Part shown: positions 37,708 to 47,638 of the stretch, one piece after another
How positions within the stretch are numbered: position 1 is the first letter of the stretch
Layout of the letters: each line of letters begins with the position of its first letter
The notes under the pieces: model-generated
The model's input: only the letters and a program-made list of their open reading frames with translations
Databases searched by the model: none
Told to the model about the DNA's origin: nothing
NCBI GenBank assembly: GCA_050953885.1
Contig: JBMNNJ010000001.1
Location: 143,437 to 207,436 of the forward strand
Length of the DNA stretch: 64,000 bases
Reading direction: 5' to 3'
Source: Patescibacteria group bacterium
Lineage (GTDB): Bacteria > Patescibacteriota > Microgenomatia > 0-14-0-10-38-17
Program-made: the position numbers and the translations under genes

Positions 37708-38910
37708 ATGAAAATTTTAATGATCACCCCCTATCTTCCTTATCCGCCTTTGTCGGGGGGGCAAACACGCTCCTACAACTTAATTAAGCACCTTGCCAAA
37801 AATCATCAAATTACCCTTTTTGCTTTTATCCGCCAAAAAGAAGAAAATCAACAAGTTAAGGTTTTAAGAAAATATTGCCAAAAAATTAAAACTTTTGATC
37901 GCGGTCCGGCTTGGGCGCTCAAAAAAATCCTTTTTGCCGGCCTCACTCCTTATCCTTTTTTAATTGCTAATTATTATTCCCGCCGGTTGCAAAAAGCTAT
38001 CAAGGAAGAGCTTAAAAAAAATCATTATGATTTAATTCATGTGGAATGCTTTTATTTGATGCCCAACCTTAAGGGACAAAAGAAAATTCCGGTTGTTTTG
38101 GTTGACCAGACCATTGAATACGAGGTTTATCGCCATGTAGCCCAAACCCTTCCTCCTCATCTTTTTTTCTTAAAACCGTTTTATTATTTTGATGTTGCCA
38201 AGATTTATTTTTGGGAAAAGCGCTTTTGGAAAAAAGCCAGCCAAACGGCGGCTGTTTCCGAGGATGACAAAAAAATAATTAAAAAACATTTTCCCAAGCT
38301 AAAAGTGGCCGTGGTGGAAAATGGCGTTGATCCGGATAAATTTGTTAAAAAGACATACCGACGCGCCAGCCAGCCAACGATTCTTTTTGGGGTGGCTAAC
38401 TTTAAATGGGTGCAAAACCGCGAGGCGGCGGAGATTTTACTTAAAGAAATTTGGCCTCAAATTAAAAAAAGAGTCAAGAACGCCCAAGCGTGGATTATCG
38501 GTCGTTACGCCCCGCTTTATTTTGGTAATTTTGATGACCGAAAAAAAGGAATAACCGTTAAAGAAGCCGAGGATGTTAATTATTTCTATCAAAAAGCTTG
38601 GATTTTGGTGGCGCCCATCAGAAGCGGCGGCGGCAGTCGGACGAAGTTTTTTGAGGCAATGGCCGCCGGTTTGCCGGTGGTTACCACCCCCGAAGGAGCA
38701 GAGGGGCTGAAAGCCAAAAACAATCAGGAAATTATTATTGCCAAAAGCAACCGGGCCTTAATTAAAAAAAGCCTTCTTTTAATCCGCGATAAAAAATTGG
38801 CCCAGAAAATCGGCAAAAAAGGGCAAAAATTGGTTTTGGAAAAATATACTTGGGAAAAAAGCGCCCAAGCACTTGAGGAGGTTTATCGGAAAACAGTGAA
38901 GAAAAAATAA
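37708..38910 (+). CDS. GT4 glycosyltransferase
   Basis: PYPPLSGG and GGGSRTKFFEAMAAG motifs. Confidence 0.9.
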   Translation: MKILMITPYLPYPPLSGGQTRSYNLIKHLAKNHQITLFAFIRQKEENQQVKVLRKYCQKIKTFDRGPAWALKKILFAGLTPYPFLIANYYSRRLQKAIKEELKKNHYDLIHVECFYLMPNLKGQKKIPVVLVDQTIEYEVYRHVAQTLPPHLFFLKPFYYFDVAKIYFWEKRFWKKASQTAAVSEDDKKIIKKHFPKLKVAVVENGVDPDKFVKKTYRRASQPTILFGVANFKWVQNREAAEILLKEIWPQIKKRVKNAQAWIIGRYAPLYFGNFDDRKKGITVKEAEDVNYFYQKAWILVAPIRSGGGSRTKFFEAMAAGLPVVTTPEGAEGLKAKNNQEIIIAKSNRALIKKSLLLIRDKKLAQKIGKKGQKLVLEKYTWEKSAQALEEVYRKTVKKK

Positions 38911-38944
38911 GGAAATAAGTGCGTAGAAAGAAAAACATTAGCAA

Positions 38945-39306
38945 AGCACACAGGATTAAACAGGATTTTTACAGGATAAAACAGAATAAATCTTGATGAG
39001 GTGATGAGTATATTAGCCTTATCGGTATAAATATATTTTACTGCTATATCAGTAAAAATTTAGAAGAAAAATAATTAACCAAAAACTTAATAAAGCTAAA
39101 AAGGAATTAAAACAGGGGCGATCGCCCCTTAAATAATTCCTTACCTGATAAAGATAAAGTTAGGCCTGTAATTTTTTCTATAGCAATTTAGTAGTTAACA
39201 ATTTATTCCGCCTGTGGCGAAACAATTTAACCATACTTATTTTATTGCGGCGCGGATTAAAAGTGCGCGCCAACCATTCGCTCATTCGTGTTAATTCGTG
39301 TCTTTT
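38945..39306. repeat. Decamer bracket (as at 32800-33066) with different internal content
   Basis: First ~67 bp nearly identical to 32800-32866; same attcgtgttaattcgtgtc end. Confidence 0.8.
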
Positions 39307-39317
39307 AACCATTAACA

Positions 39318-40514
39318 ATGAAACAATCGCCTGTTTTACTTTCCATCATCATCGTCTCTTATAATACCCGGGAGCTTTTGGAAAAATGCCTTGATTCCGT
39401 GATCAAATCATTAGCCGGCTCTAATCTTAAAAGCAACCAAGAAAAGATCCTGAATCAAGTTCAGGATGAGGCTAATCGCAACCGTCATTCTGACTCCTCT
39501 GGTCGTCATCCTGACCCCGCCAAGGGTGGGGCTAACCGTCATCCTGACGAAAGTCAGGATCTCTCCTTGTCATTAACACAGATTCCGGATCAAGTCCGGA
39601 ATGACAGTTTCCAAGTTCGTTACCCTGACTCTTCTCACCGTCATCCTGACGATCCGCCAGCTGGCGGACAGGATCTGCCCGCCGAAATCATCGTTGTTGA
39701 TAATAATTCCCGCGACGATTCGGTAGAAATGCTTGAAAATTTAAAATTGAAACTTAAAAATTCAATGAAAATTGAAAATTTAAAATTGAAAATTATTGTT
39801 AATAACGATAACACTGGCTTTGCCAAGGCTAATAATCAGGGGATAAAAATAGCCGAAGGAAAATATGTCCTCTTTTTGAATCCGGATACGATTGTTTTAC
39901 CCGAAACACTTCCTTTTATGCTTGAATTTATGAAAAAAAACCCCGCGGTAGGCGTGGCCACCTGTCGGGTAGAGCTTGTTGATGGAAAGCTGGACGAGGC
40001 TTGCCATCGGGGTTTTCCCACTCCCTGGAATGCCTTTTGCCATTTTTCGGGTTTGGAAAAACTTTTCCCCCATTCCCGACTTTTTGCCGGTTATTATTTA
40101 GGATATTTGGATCTTAACACCACCCACGAAATCGATAGTTGCGTCGGCGCGTTTATGTTAGTCCCTCGCCTGGTGGGCGAAAAAATCGGCTGGTGGGATG
40201 AAGATTATTTTTGGTATGGCGAGGACATTGATTTTTGTTATCGAGTGAAAAAGGCGGGTTTTAAGGTGATGTTTGTACCAAAAGTAAAAATCATCCATTA
40301 TAAAGGCGCCTCATCGGGAATTAAAAAAACCAAAAGCAAAGCCGACTTTAAAACACAAGAGAAGGCCATGCTTGCTTCAACCCAGGCGATGCGGATTTTT
40401 TACCAAAAACATTACCGGGGAAAATATCCTAAGCCCGTTGAGAAACTCGTTTTTTGGGGAATTAGTTTGCTTGAAAAAGCAAGGGTGAGAAAAATAAAAA
40501 AACAAAATGGCTAA
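39318..40514 (+). CDS. GT2 (WbbL-like) glycosyltransferase with in-frame repeat insertions
   Basis: LNPD and YGEDID motifs; palindrome insert 39445-39676; heptamer insert 39733-39794. Confidence 0.9.
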   Translation: MKQSPVLLSIIIVSYNTRELLEKCLDSVIKSLAGSNLKSNQEKILNQVQDEANRNRHSDSSGRHPDPAKGGANRHPDESQDLSLSLTQIPDQVRNDSFQVRYPDSSHRHPDDPPAGGQDLPAEIIVVDNNSRDDSVEMLENLKLKLKNSMKIENLKLKIIVNNDNTGFAKANNQGIKIAEGKYVLFLNPDTIVLPETLPFMLEFMKKNPAVGVATCRVELVDGKLDEACHRGFPTPWNAFCHFSGLEKLFPHSRLFAGYYLGYLDLNTTHEIDSCVGAFMLVPRLVGEKIGWWDEDYFWYGEDIDFCYRVKKAGFKVMFVPKVKIIHYKGASSGIKKTKSKADFKTQEKAMLASTQAMRIFYQKHYRGKYPKPVEKLVFWGISLLEKARVRKIKKQNG

Positions 40515-40519
40515 ATTGC

Positions 40520-40960
40520 GCAAAAATCTCAAAACGCAAATATCAAAAATAAAAACCTAATTCAAAATTCAAAAATAATAAATAAACTCAAATGTTAAAT
40601 CGCAAAACTCAAAACTACAACTCAAAACTAAAATCTAAAAAACAACTTTAAGCTTTAAAAAGTTTTAACATTTGCCATGTAGACCTGCCTTGCCGGCAGG
40701 CAGGTTTGCCATTTGCGTTTTGAGTTTTAAGCTATGGTTTTGGTCTTTGAGCTTGGTTTTGCTCCGCCAGCTGGCGGATTCATCAGAATGACGGCCACGA
40801 TTAGCATCATTCTGAACTTGATTCAGAATCGTTATTAATCTCTGAAGAACGCAGATCCTGACTTTCGTCAGAGCCTGTCCTGAATTTAATTCAGGAATGA
40901 CAGCTACGGGGATGATCCTGTCCGCCAGCTGGCGGATTAAATTTTAACTTTTGACTTTTT
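40520..40960. repeat. Nested inverted heptamer element, CGTC hairpins and micro-hairpins
   Basis: caaaactacaactc core plus cctgccttgccggcaggcagg, tccgccagctggcgga and tcctgaatttaattcagga. Confidence 0.9.
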
Positions 40961-40964
40961 CTGC

Positions 40965-42179
40965 ATGACACACAATACAATACATAATACCGACTCTTTA
41001 CTCCGTCTTGGCCTCGACACCCGGATGTGGGGGCCAAAGCATACTGGCATTGGCCGTTATGTGGAAAATTTGGCTGACCAGCTTATTGATCTTAAAAGCC
41101 AAAATAAATTTAAAGCAGAAATTATCCTTTTTGTGCGAAAAGAGGATTTGGCAACAATAAGAAAAAAATATGGCTCCAAAGTTAACTATAAAATTGCCGA
41201 TTTTCCCCATTACAGCCTTAAAGAACAACTTTTCTTACCTAAAATTCTTAAAGAAGCCCATTGCGATTTAGTCCATTTTCCCCATTTTAATGTCTCTCTT
41301 TTTTATCAGGCGCCCTTTGCCGTTACCATTCATGATTTAACGAAGCATTCTTTTGGCGGCCAAAAAGCCACCACCCGCTTTTTGCCGTTTTATTATCTAA
41401 AATATTTAGCTTACAAGGTGATTATTCGACAGGCAGTTAAAAAAGCCGCTATTATTTTTACCCCCAGCAATTTTGTTAAAAACCAGCTTGCTAAACAGTA
41501 CAAAGTTGACCCTTCAAAAATTATCGTTACCTATGAAGGGGTAGGGGAGAAATTTGCTCATTCGGAGAAAACTGATGAAACAACGCGAAGACAAATTCTT
41601 AGCCTATACCGCTTAAACAAGCCCTATTTACTTTATGTGGGTAATCTTTATCCTCATAAAAATATCCCCCTCCTTATAGAAGCGGTTAAAAGAGCCCGCC
41701 AAAAAATTCCCGCCCTTAATTTGGTGATTGTTTGCGGCCGTAATGTTTTTTGGGAACGGCTCAAGCAAGAAATTAAAAACTCCCAAAGCGAGTCCTTTGT
41801 CCGCCTTACCGGCTTTGTTCCTGATGAAGACTTGAAAGTTTTATATCAGGAAGCAACCGCTTTTGTTTTTCCTTCTCTCTCGGAGGGCTTTGGCCTGCCG
41901 GGACTTGAAGCGGCCAGTTTGGGTTGTCCGGTGGTCTCTTCCAACGCCACCTCTTTACCGGAAATTTACGGCTCGGCCGCTCTATATTTTAATCCCCACA
42001 ATCCCCAAGATATGGCAGAAAAAATTATTAAAATTTGCGAGGACGAAAAACTAAGGGAAAATTTAATTAAAAAAGGCTATCAACAGGTGAAGAAATATTC
42101 TTGGGAAAAAATGGCCGAAGAAACAATCGCCGGATACGAAAAGGCGGCATTAAAACACACAGGAGACAACAGGATTTAA
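40965..42179 (+). CDS. GT4 (MtfB-like) glycosyltransferase; start uncertain
   Basis: TIHDL, GNLYPHKN and EGFGLPGLEA motifs. Confidence 0.92.
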   Translation: MTHNTIHNTDSLLRLGLDTRMWGPKHTGIGRYVENLADQLIDLKSQNKFKAEIILFVRKEDLATIRKKYGSKVNYKIADFPHYSLKEQLFLPKILKEAHCDLVHFPHFNVSLFYQAPFAVTIHDLTKHSFGGQKATTRFLPFYYLKYLAYKVIIRQAVKKAAIIFTPSNFVKNQLAKQYKVDPSKIIVTYEGVGEKFAHSEKTDETTRRQILSLYRLNKPYLLYVGNLYPHKNIPLLIEAVKRARQKIPALNLVIVCGRNVFWERLKQEIKNSQSESFVRLTGFVPDEDLKVLYQEATAFVFPSLSEGFGLPGLEAASLGCPVVSSNATSLPEIYGSAALYFNPHNPQDMAEKIIKICEDEKLRENLIKKGYQQVKKYSWEKMAEETIAGYEKAALKHTGDNRI

Positions 42180-42247
42180 AACAGGATTGAAAAGGATAAG
42201 TCTTTAATTAGAACTATTAAGCCAAACAACTCGGGGGAGAAATTTTA

Positions 42248-42291
42248 GCTATGACAAATTTTTAAGCGATCGCTTAAAAATTTGTCATAGC
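42248..42291. repeat. Perfect 44-bp palindrome
   Basis: gctatgacaaatttttaagcga/tcgcttaaaaatttgtcatagc; second copy at 51707-51746. Confidence 0.97.
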
Positions 42292-42305
42292 GTATTATAA
42301 ATAAT

Positions 42306-42422
42306 AATCTTGATTATAAATCTTGATTATAAAATTTGATCATAAAACCTAGCTATAAAACTTGATTAGGAAATTTGGTTATAAAACCTAACTACGAAAC
42401 CTAATTATAAATCTTGATTATA
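42306..42422. repeat. 9 x 13-bp tandem repeat
   Basis: Consensus aaacttgattata. Confidence 0.92.
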
Positions 42423-42432
42423 ATTAGAATCC

Positions 42433-42488
42433 GTAGGGGCTGGATTTCCCGAGCCGTTTGATTGCGGGCGGGAAAACCCCGTCCCTAC
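42433..42488. repeat. GTAG-type REP dimer
   Basis: gtaggggctggatttcc..gggaaaaccccgtccctac. Confidence 0.75.
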
Positions 42489-42545
42489 CATTCGCGTCCA
42501 TTCGTTTTTTATTCGCGTTAATTCGCGTATTTTAGCAATTTAACA

Positions 42546-43637
42546 ATGAAAACCGCTCTTGTTTACGACTGGCTTGACTCGTGGGGTGGGGCAGAGCGCC
42601 TTCTTTTCTCCCTTAAAAAAATTTTCCCCGAGGCGCCTCTTTATACCTCAATTTATAACCCCGAAAAAGCACCCTGGGCAAAAAATTTCCGCGTCTTTTC
42701 TTCTTTTTTACAAAAAATGCCCGGGGCGGCAAAAAAAAGAAAGGCTTACCTGCCTCTTTTGCCCCTTGCCTTTGAAACCTTTAATTTCGACCAATACGAC
42801 TTGGTTATTTCCGTCTCCAGTTTTGCCGCCAAAGGAATTATTACCAAGCCCCATACCTGTCATCTTGGCTATCTTCTTACTCCCACCCGCTTTTTGCACC
42901 ACCAGTATCCCCTTTATTTCTCCTCCCCTTTTAAGAGAACCCTTGCCAAACCTCTGGTTGGCTACTTAAAGCGCTGGGATAAAATCGCCGCTTTTCGGCC
43001 GGATAAGATCATCGCTATTTCCCAAACAGTGGCCAAAAGAACAGAAAAATACTACCAACAAGAGGCGGAAAAAATCATTTATCCGCCGGTGGACACCCAA
43101 AAATTTTTCCCGACCAAAAAAAGGGATAAAGGAGAAAAATATTTCCTTCTTGTTTCCCGACTCGAGCCTTATAAAAAAGTCGACTTGGCCATCAGCGCCT
43201 TTAATTCTTTGGGCTGGAAGCTTAAGATTGTGGGGAAAGGAAGTGAGGAAAAAAAGTTAAAAAAAATAAGTCGGAAAAATATTGAATTTTTAGGTAAAGT
43301 TTCTGATCAAAAACTTGTTTCTCTTTATCAAAATTGCCAAGCCGTTATTTTTCCTCAAGAAGAAGATTTTGGCCTTGTTCCCCTTGAGGCTCAAGCTTGC
43401 GGCCGGCCGGTAGTGGCTTTCCGTGGCGGAGGCGCTCGAGAAACAATTATTGATGGGAAAACCGGCCTTTTTTTCTTTCCCCAAACAGCCACAGCCTTGA
43501 AAAAAGCCCTTTTAAATTTTGACTCTCTTGGTTATAATGAAAGCACCTGTTACCAAAATGCGTTAAAATATAGTGAAGAACAATTCATTAAGGAATGGAA
43601 AAAGATAATCGGGCAAGCTATCGATAAGAAAGAATAA
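42546..43637 (+). CDS. GT4 (WbaZ-like) glycosyltransferase
   Basis: DWL..GGAER, SRLEPYKK and EDFGLVPLEAQACG motifs. Confidence 0.92.
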   Translation: MKTALVYDWLDSWGGAERLLFSLKKIFPEAPLYTSIYNPEKAPWAKNFRVFSSFLQKMPGAAKKRKAYLPLLPLAFETFNFDQYDLVISVSSFAAKGIITKPHTCHLGYLLTPTRFLHHQYPLYFSSPFKRTLAKPLVGYLKRWDKIAAFRPDKIIAISQTVAKRTEKYYQQEAEKIIYPPVDTQKFFPTKKRDKGEKYFLLVSRLEPYKKVDLAISAFNSLGWKLKIVGKGSEEKKLKKISRKNIEFLGKVSDQKLVSLYQNCQAVIFPQEEDFGLVPLEAQACGRPVVAFRGGGARETIIDGKTGLFFFPQTATALKKALLNFDSLGYNESTCYQNALKYSEEQFIKEWKKIIGQAIDKKE

Positions 43638-43649
43638 AAACTCTAAAAG

Positions 43650-43966
43650 ATTAAAGCGCAAAGAGCAAAGCGCAAAACCAAGCTCAAAGACCAAAACCAG
43701 AACTTGAAAATATTTTTGAACTTTGCTCTGGTTTTGTCCGCCAGCTGGCGGATCGTCAGAATGACGGCTACAATTATTGTCATTCTGAACTTGTCCCGCC
43801 ATAACGGGATCCGCATCGGGCGGGATCCAGAATCAAAAACAGATTCTGACTTTCGTCAGAATGACAATGACTGTCATTTATCCGTCGGTGGGCAAATTCG
43901 TCAGAATGACAGTTACGTTCAGCCCGCAGCAATGAAACAATGAAACAATGAAACAATGAAACAATG
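43650..43966. repeat. Heptamer element, CGTC cluster, micro-hairpins and (caatgaaa) x4
   Basis: Visible repeat motifs; the octamer runs into the manC start codon. Confidence 0.85.
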
Positions 43967-45038
43967 CTCTTACATCTTAATCATCTGCGGCGGGGGAGGG
44001 ACAAGGCTTTGGCCATTGTCACGCCCAAAAAGCCCGAAGCAATTCTTGCCTCTTTTTGGAGAAAAAAATCTTCTTGCCCAAACGGTCGAGCGCGCTCAAA
44101 AAGTTGTCCCCTCCCAAAGAATTTTCTTTGTCGCCGGCCGGGAATATGCCGGCGATATTCTTAAAAGCGCTCCCCAGGTGCCTCCCCAAAACCTGATTAT
44201 CGAGCCTGATAAAAAACACACCGCCGCCGCCATCATCTTAGGCAACGCTAAAATTGCCCAAAAAGATCCCGAAGCCATTATTACCAATCTCTGGTCAGAC
44301 CAATTAGTAAAAAATAACCAAAATTTTCAAAAAGATGTTAAGAAAGCAATGGAAGCTTCCCAACAAAAAAAGGCGCTCGTGGCCATTGGCATTAAGCCAA
44401 CTTTTCCCCACACCGGCTTTGGCTATATTGAAACCGGTCGGGAAATTGCCCCCCAAATTTTTGAAGTAAAACAATTTCGAGAAAAGCCCGACGAGAAAAC
44501 CGCCGCCCGCTTTTTGGCGGCCGGCAATTTTTATTGGAATTTAGGCACCTATACCTGGCCAGCAGGGGTGTTTTTTGCCGAGCTTAAAAAAACCCACCCG
44601 CCGCTTTTTGCCTCCTTGAAAAAAATCCAAAAGGCCATAGGAGGAGAAAACGAGTGGGAAGAAATTAAAAAAATTTATCAGGAAATTACCCCTATTTCGA
44701 TTGATGAAGCGGTGGCGGAAAAAACCAAAAACATGCTTATGCTTTCGGCTACTTTTGATTGGTATGATGTGGGTGACTGGCAGGCGGTTTGGGAAAAAAG
44801 CCCCAAGGATAAAAACGGCAATGTGATTTTACCAACCAACAACGGGAAAACTGTTCTTTGGCAGGCTAAAAACAGCCTCTTTTTGTCAACCAAAAAACTA
44901 ATCGCCGCCTGCGGCGTCGAAAACTTAATTGTGGTGGAAACTAAAGACGCCATTTTAATTTGCCCTAAGAATAAAAGTCAGGAAGTTAAAGATCTTTTGG
45001 AAGAAGTTAAAAAACAAGATCCTCGTTATGCCGAATAA
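43956..45038 (+). CDS. manC: Mannose-1-phosphate guanylyltransferase
   Basis: GGGGTRLWPLSR..PKQF, GFGYIE, FREKP and WYDVG motifs. Confidence 0.93.
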   Translation: MKQCSYILIICGGGGTRLWPLSRPKSPKQFLPLFGEKNLLAQTVERAQKVVPSQRIFFVAGREYAGDILKSAPQVPPQNLIIEPDKKHTAAAIILGNAKIAQKDPEAIITNLWSDQLVKNNQNFQKDVKKAMEASQQKKALVAIGIKPTFPHTGFGYIETGREIAPQIFEVKQFREKPDEKTAARFLAAGNFYWNLGTYTWPAGVFFAELKKTHPPLFASLKKIQKAIGGENEWEEIKKIYQEITPISIDEAVAEKTKNMLMLSATFDWYDVGDWQAVWEKSPKDKNGNVILPTNNGKTVLWQAKNSLFLSTKKLIAACGVENLIVVETKDAILICPKNKSQEVKDLLEEVKKQDPRYAE

Positions 45039-45699
45039 AAGCCAAAAAATCCAAGATCGCCTTTATTTCTTCGTCAAAAGAGCGCTTGACCTTTTCTTAG
45101 CTATTATCCTCTTAATCCTTACTCTGCCAGTGTGGATTTTAACCGCCATCGCCATTAAAATTGAATCGCCCGAAGGTCCGGTTTTTGCCGATGTGCCTCC
45201 CCGCGTCGGAAAAAATGGCCGACTTTTCAAGATTTATAAGTTTCGCTCCATGATTCCCAACGCCCACCAGCTGTTGCGCACCGACCCCCGCTTTAAAAAG
45301 CTATACGAGGAATACAAAAATAACAGCTATAAGCTAAATCATGACCCGCGGGTAACGCGGGTAGGCAACTTTATCCGCAAGTATTCCATTGATGAATTGC
45401 CGCAATTAATTAATGTTTTAAAGGGGGAAATGAGCATTGTTGGGCCGCGCCCCTATTATGCTGACGAGTTGGCCGAACAAACTAAAAAATATCCCCACAC
45501 CAAAAATTTAATTAAAAAAACTTTAGAGGTGAAGCCCGGCATCACCGGCCTTTGGCAAGTCTCCGGCCGTTCGGAGGTAGATTTTGAGGAAAGAATTGCC
45601 TTAGACGCCCGTTATGCCCAACGCCGCAATCTTTTAGACGATGTGGTAATATTATTAAAGTCGCCATGGGCGGTCTTGAGCGGCAAGGGAGCAAAATGA
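45028..45699 (+). CDS. Priming phospho-sugar transferase (Bac_transf)
   Basis: [19 protein letters not shown] and PGITGLWQV motifs. Confidence 0.95.
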   Translation: MPNKSQKIQDRLYFFVKRALDLFLAIILLILTLPVWILTAIAIKIESPEGPVFADVPPRVGKNGRLFKIYKFRSMIPNAHQLLRTDPRFKKLYEEYKNNSYKLNHDPRVTRVGNFIRKYSIDELPQLINVLKGEMSIVGPRPYYADELAEQTKKYPHTKNLIKKTLEVKPGITGLWQVSGRSEVDFEERIALDARYAQRRNLLDDVVILLKSPWAVLSGKGAK

Positions 45700-47630
45700 A
45701 AGAAAAAATAACCGAAATCCCCAACTTGGAAGAAACGGTCCCCGAGAAAAAAATAACTTTTTTTCAGAAAAGAAAGAAGGTTATTTTCGGGGCGGCAATT
45801 TTTCTCCTCGTCTTTTTAGGGCTTATTTACTTCTTTGCCGTTGGCCCGGTTTTGGCTTTAAAAAAAGATCTTGCCGCCGGTCAGGCTCTTGCCGGCCAGA
45901 TAAAACAAGGATTAGAAGAGAAAAATCTTGCTTTCATCCGCGAAAAAATTCCCGAAACCCAAAATTTGGTTTACCAAGTACAGCAGAAAACAAAACGGTT
46001 GGGTTGGGTAAAAATCTTACCCCGCTACGGCGATTATTATCAAAACGCTCAATTTGCTCTTGCCGCCGCCTCACCTTTACTTGAAGCGGCTAATTTAACC
46101 ATCGAAGCCGTTTACCCTTATGCCGATATTCTTGGTTTTGAAACCGCCCAGGAGGCAAGCTCGGCGGGAGAAACTACCCAAGACCGAATTGCTTTCCTGC
46201 TTCAAAGCAGTCACGATTTGGCCGGAAAAATTGAAGGTATCAACACCCAATTAAAGTTGGCCAATGAGCAAATTCAAAAGATTAACCCCGGGGCTTTGCC
46301 GGAAGAATTTCAAGGCTTGAAAATTCAGGAAGAAGCAATAAAAATCAAAAAAACTTTTGAAGAAATCCTGCCGATAACCGGCGGGTTAAAACCGGTGCTT
46401 GAAAATCTTCCCTATTTTTTAGGCAAGACGGAAAAGATGACCTATTTGGTTCTTTTTCAAAATGATGCCGAATTGCGTCCCAGCGGCGGCTTTTTAACCG
46501 CTTATGCCATTCTGGAGGTAGAGGACGGTAAATTCACCCCTGTTTCCTCCCATGATATTTACGACTTGGACGCCCGCTTCAACAAAAGAATTGAGGCACC
46601 TCGTCCCATCAGGGATTATCTCCCCAATGTTTATTACTGGAACCTGCGCGATATGAATCTTTCTCCTGATTTTAAAGTTTCCATGGAAACTTTTTACTCA
46701 TACTACCAACAAGTTCCCGGCCAACCAAAAGTGGAGGGCATCTTTGCCGTTGACACCCAATTTTTAACTTCTCTTCTTAAAGTTATTGGCGAGGTTAGCG
46801 TTCCCGGTTGGGGAGAATTTTCCGCCGTTGCCGACCAGCGTTGTCATGGCTGCCCCCAAGTGGTTTACGAACTTGAAAGAATGGCTGATAAACCGCTGGG
46901 GACAATTCGGACAGAAAGAAAAGCGGTTTTAGGGCCTTTAATGCACACCATTCTTCTTCATGTGATGGGCGCTTCTACCGACAAGATTCCCGGCCTTTTT
47001 GAGGCGCTTATTACCGGCATTGAGGGCAAGCATCTTTTGTTTTATTTCCCGAAGGTAGAAAAACAGGCGGCCATTGAAGCCCTTAATTTGGGGGGAAGGG
47101 TGCAGGAAACAGATGGTGATTATTTTTTGTTGGTAGACACCAATTTTGCCGGCGCCAAATCAAATATGTTTATTGAGCAAACAGTGGAAGATAAAATCAA
47201 CATTAGCGATAATGGCCGGATTAAACACGAGGTGGTAATTAAATACCAAAATCCCTTCCCGGCTTCCGACTGCAACTTGGAAAGCGGTGGTCTCTGCCTT
47301 AACGGCCTTTACCGCAACTGGTTCCGGCTTTATGTGCCCAAGGGAAGCGCGCTTTTGGAAATGAAAGGTTCGGAGAAAGAACCTTTAGTTTACGAAGAAT
47401 TGGGGAAAACGGTTTTTGAGGGGTTTTTTGGGGAAAAATTCCCTCTTTACCCCAACGGCGGCACTAATCTGGTGAGCATTACCTACGAAACGCCGTTGAC
47501 AGCCGAGAACCAGCCATATCAATTGCTCATCCAAAAACAAGCCGGCACCAAGGACAATGCCTATAAAATTTCTTTTCAGGAAGAAAGAGAAGAATTTTTG
47601 CTTAAAAGCGATAAAACATTGCGTTGGTAA
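45696..47630 (+). CDS. DUF4012 domain protein
   Basis: YLVLFQNDAELRPSGGF and RDMNLSPDF motifs. Confidence 0.85.
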   Translation: MKEKITEIPNLEETVPEKKITFFQKRKKVIFGAAIFLLVFLGLIYFFAVGPVLALKKDLAAGQALAGQIKQGLEEKNLAFIREKIPETQNLVYQVQQKTKRLGWVKILPRYGDYYQNAQFALAAASPLLEAANLTIEAVYPYADILGFETAQEASSAGETTQDRIAFLLQSSHDLAGKIEGINTQLKLANEQIQKINPGALPEEFQGLKIQEEAIKIKKTFEEILPITGGLKPVLENLPYFLGKTEKMTYLVLFQNDAELRPSGGFLTAYAILEVEDGKFTPVSSHDIYDLDARFNKRIEAPRPIRDYLPNVYYWNLRDMNLSPDFKVSMETFYSYYQQVPGQPKVEGIFAVDTQFLTSLLKVIGEVSVPGWGEFSAVADQRCHGCPQVVYELERMADKPLGTIRTERKAVLGPLMHTILLHVMGASTDKIPGLFEALITGIEGKHLLFYFPKVEKQAAIEALNLGGRVQETDGDYFLLVDTNFAGAKSNMFIEQTVEDKINISDNGRIKHEVVIKYQNPFPASDCNLESGGLCLNGLYRNWFRLYVPKGSALLEMKGSEKEPLVYEELGKTVFEGFFGEKFPLYPNGGTNLVSITYETPLTAENQPYQLLIQKQAGTKDNAYKISFQEEREEFLLKSDKTLRW

Positions 47631-47638
47631 AATAAAAA

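Noticed and set aside
39036-39058. Second AbiEi operator (ttttactg..cagtaaaa)
   Set aside because: Only an 8-bp AT-rich stem, with arm order and spacing different from 9037-9074.
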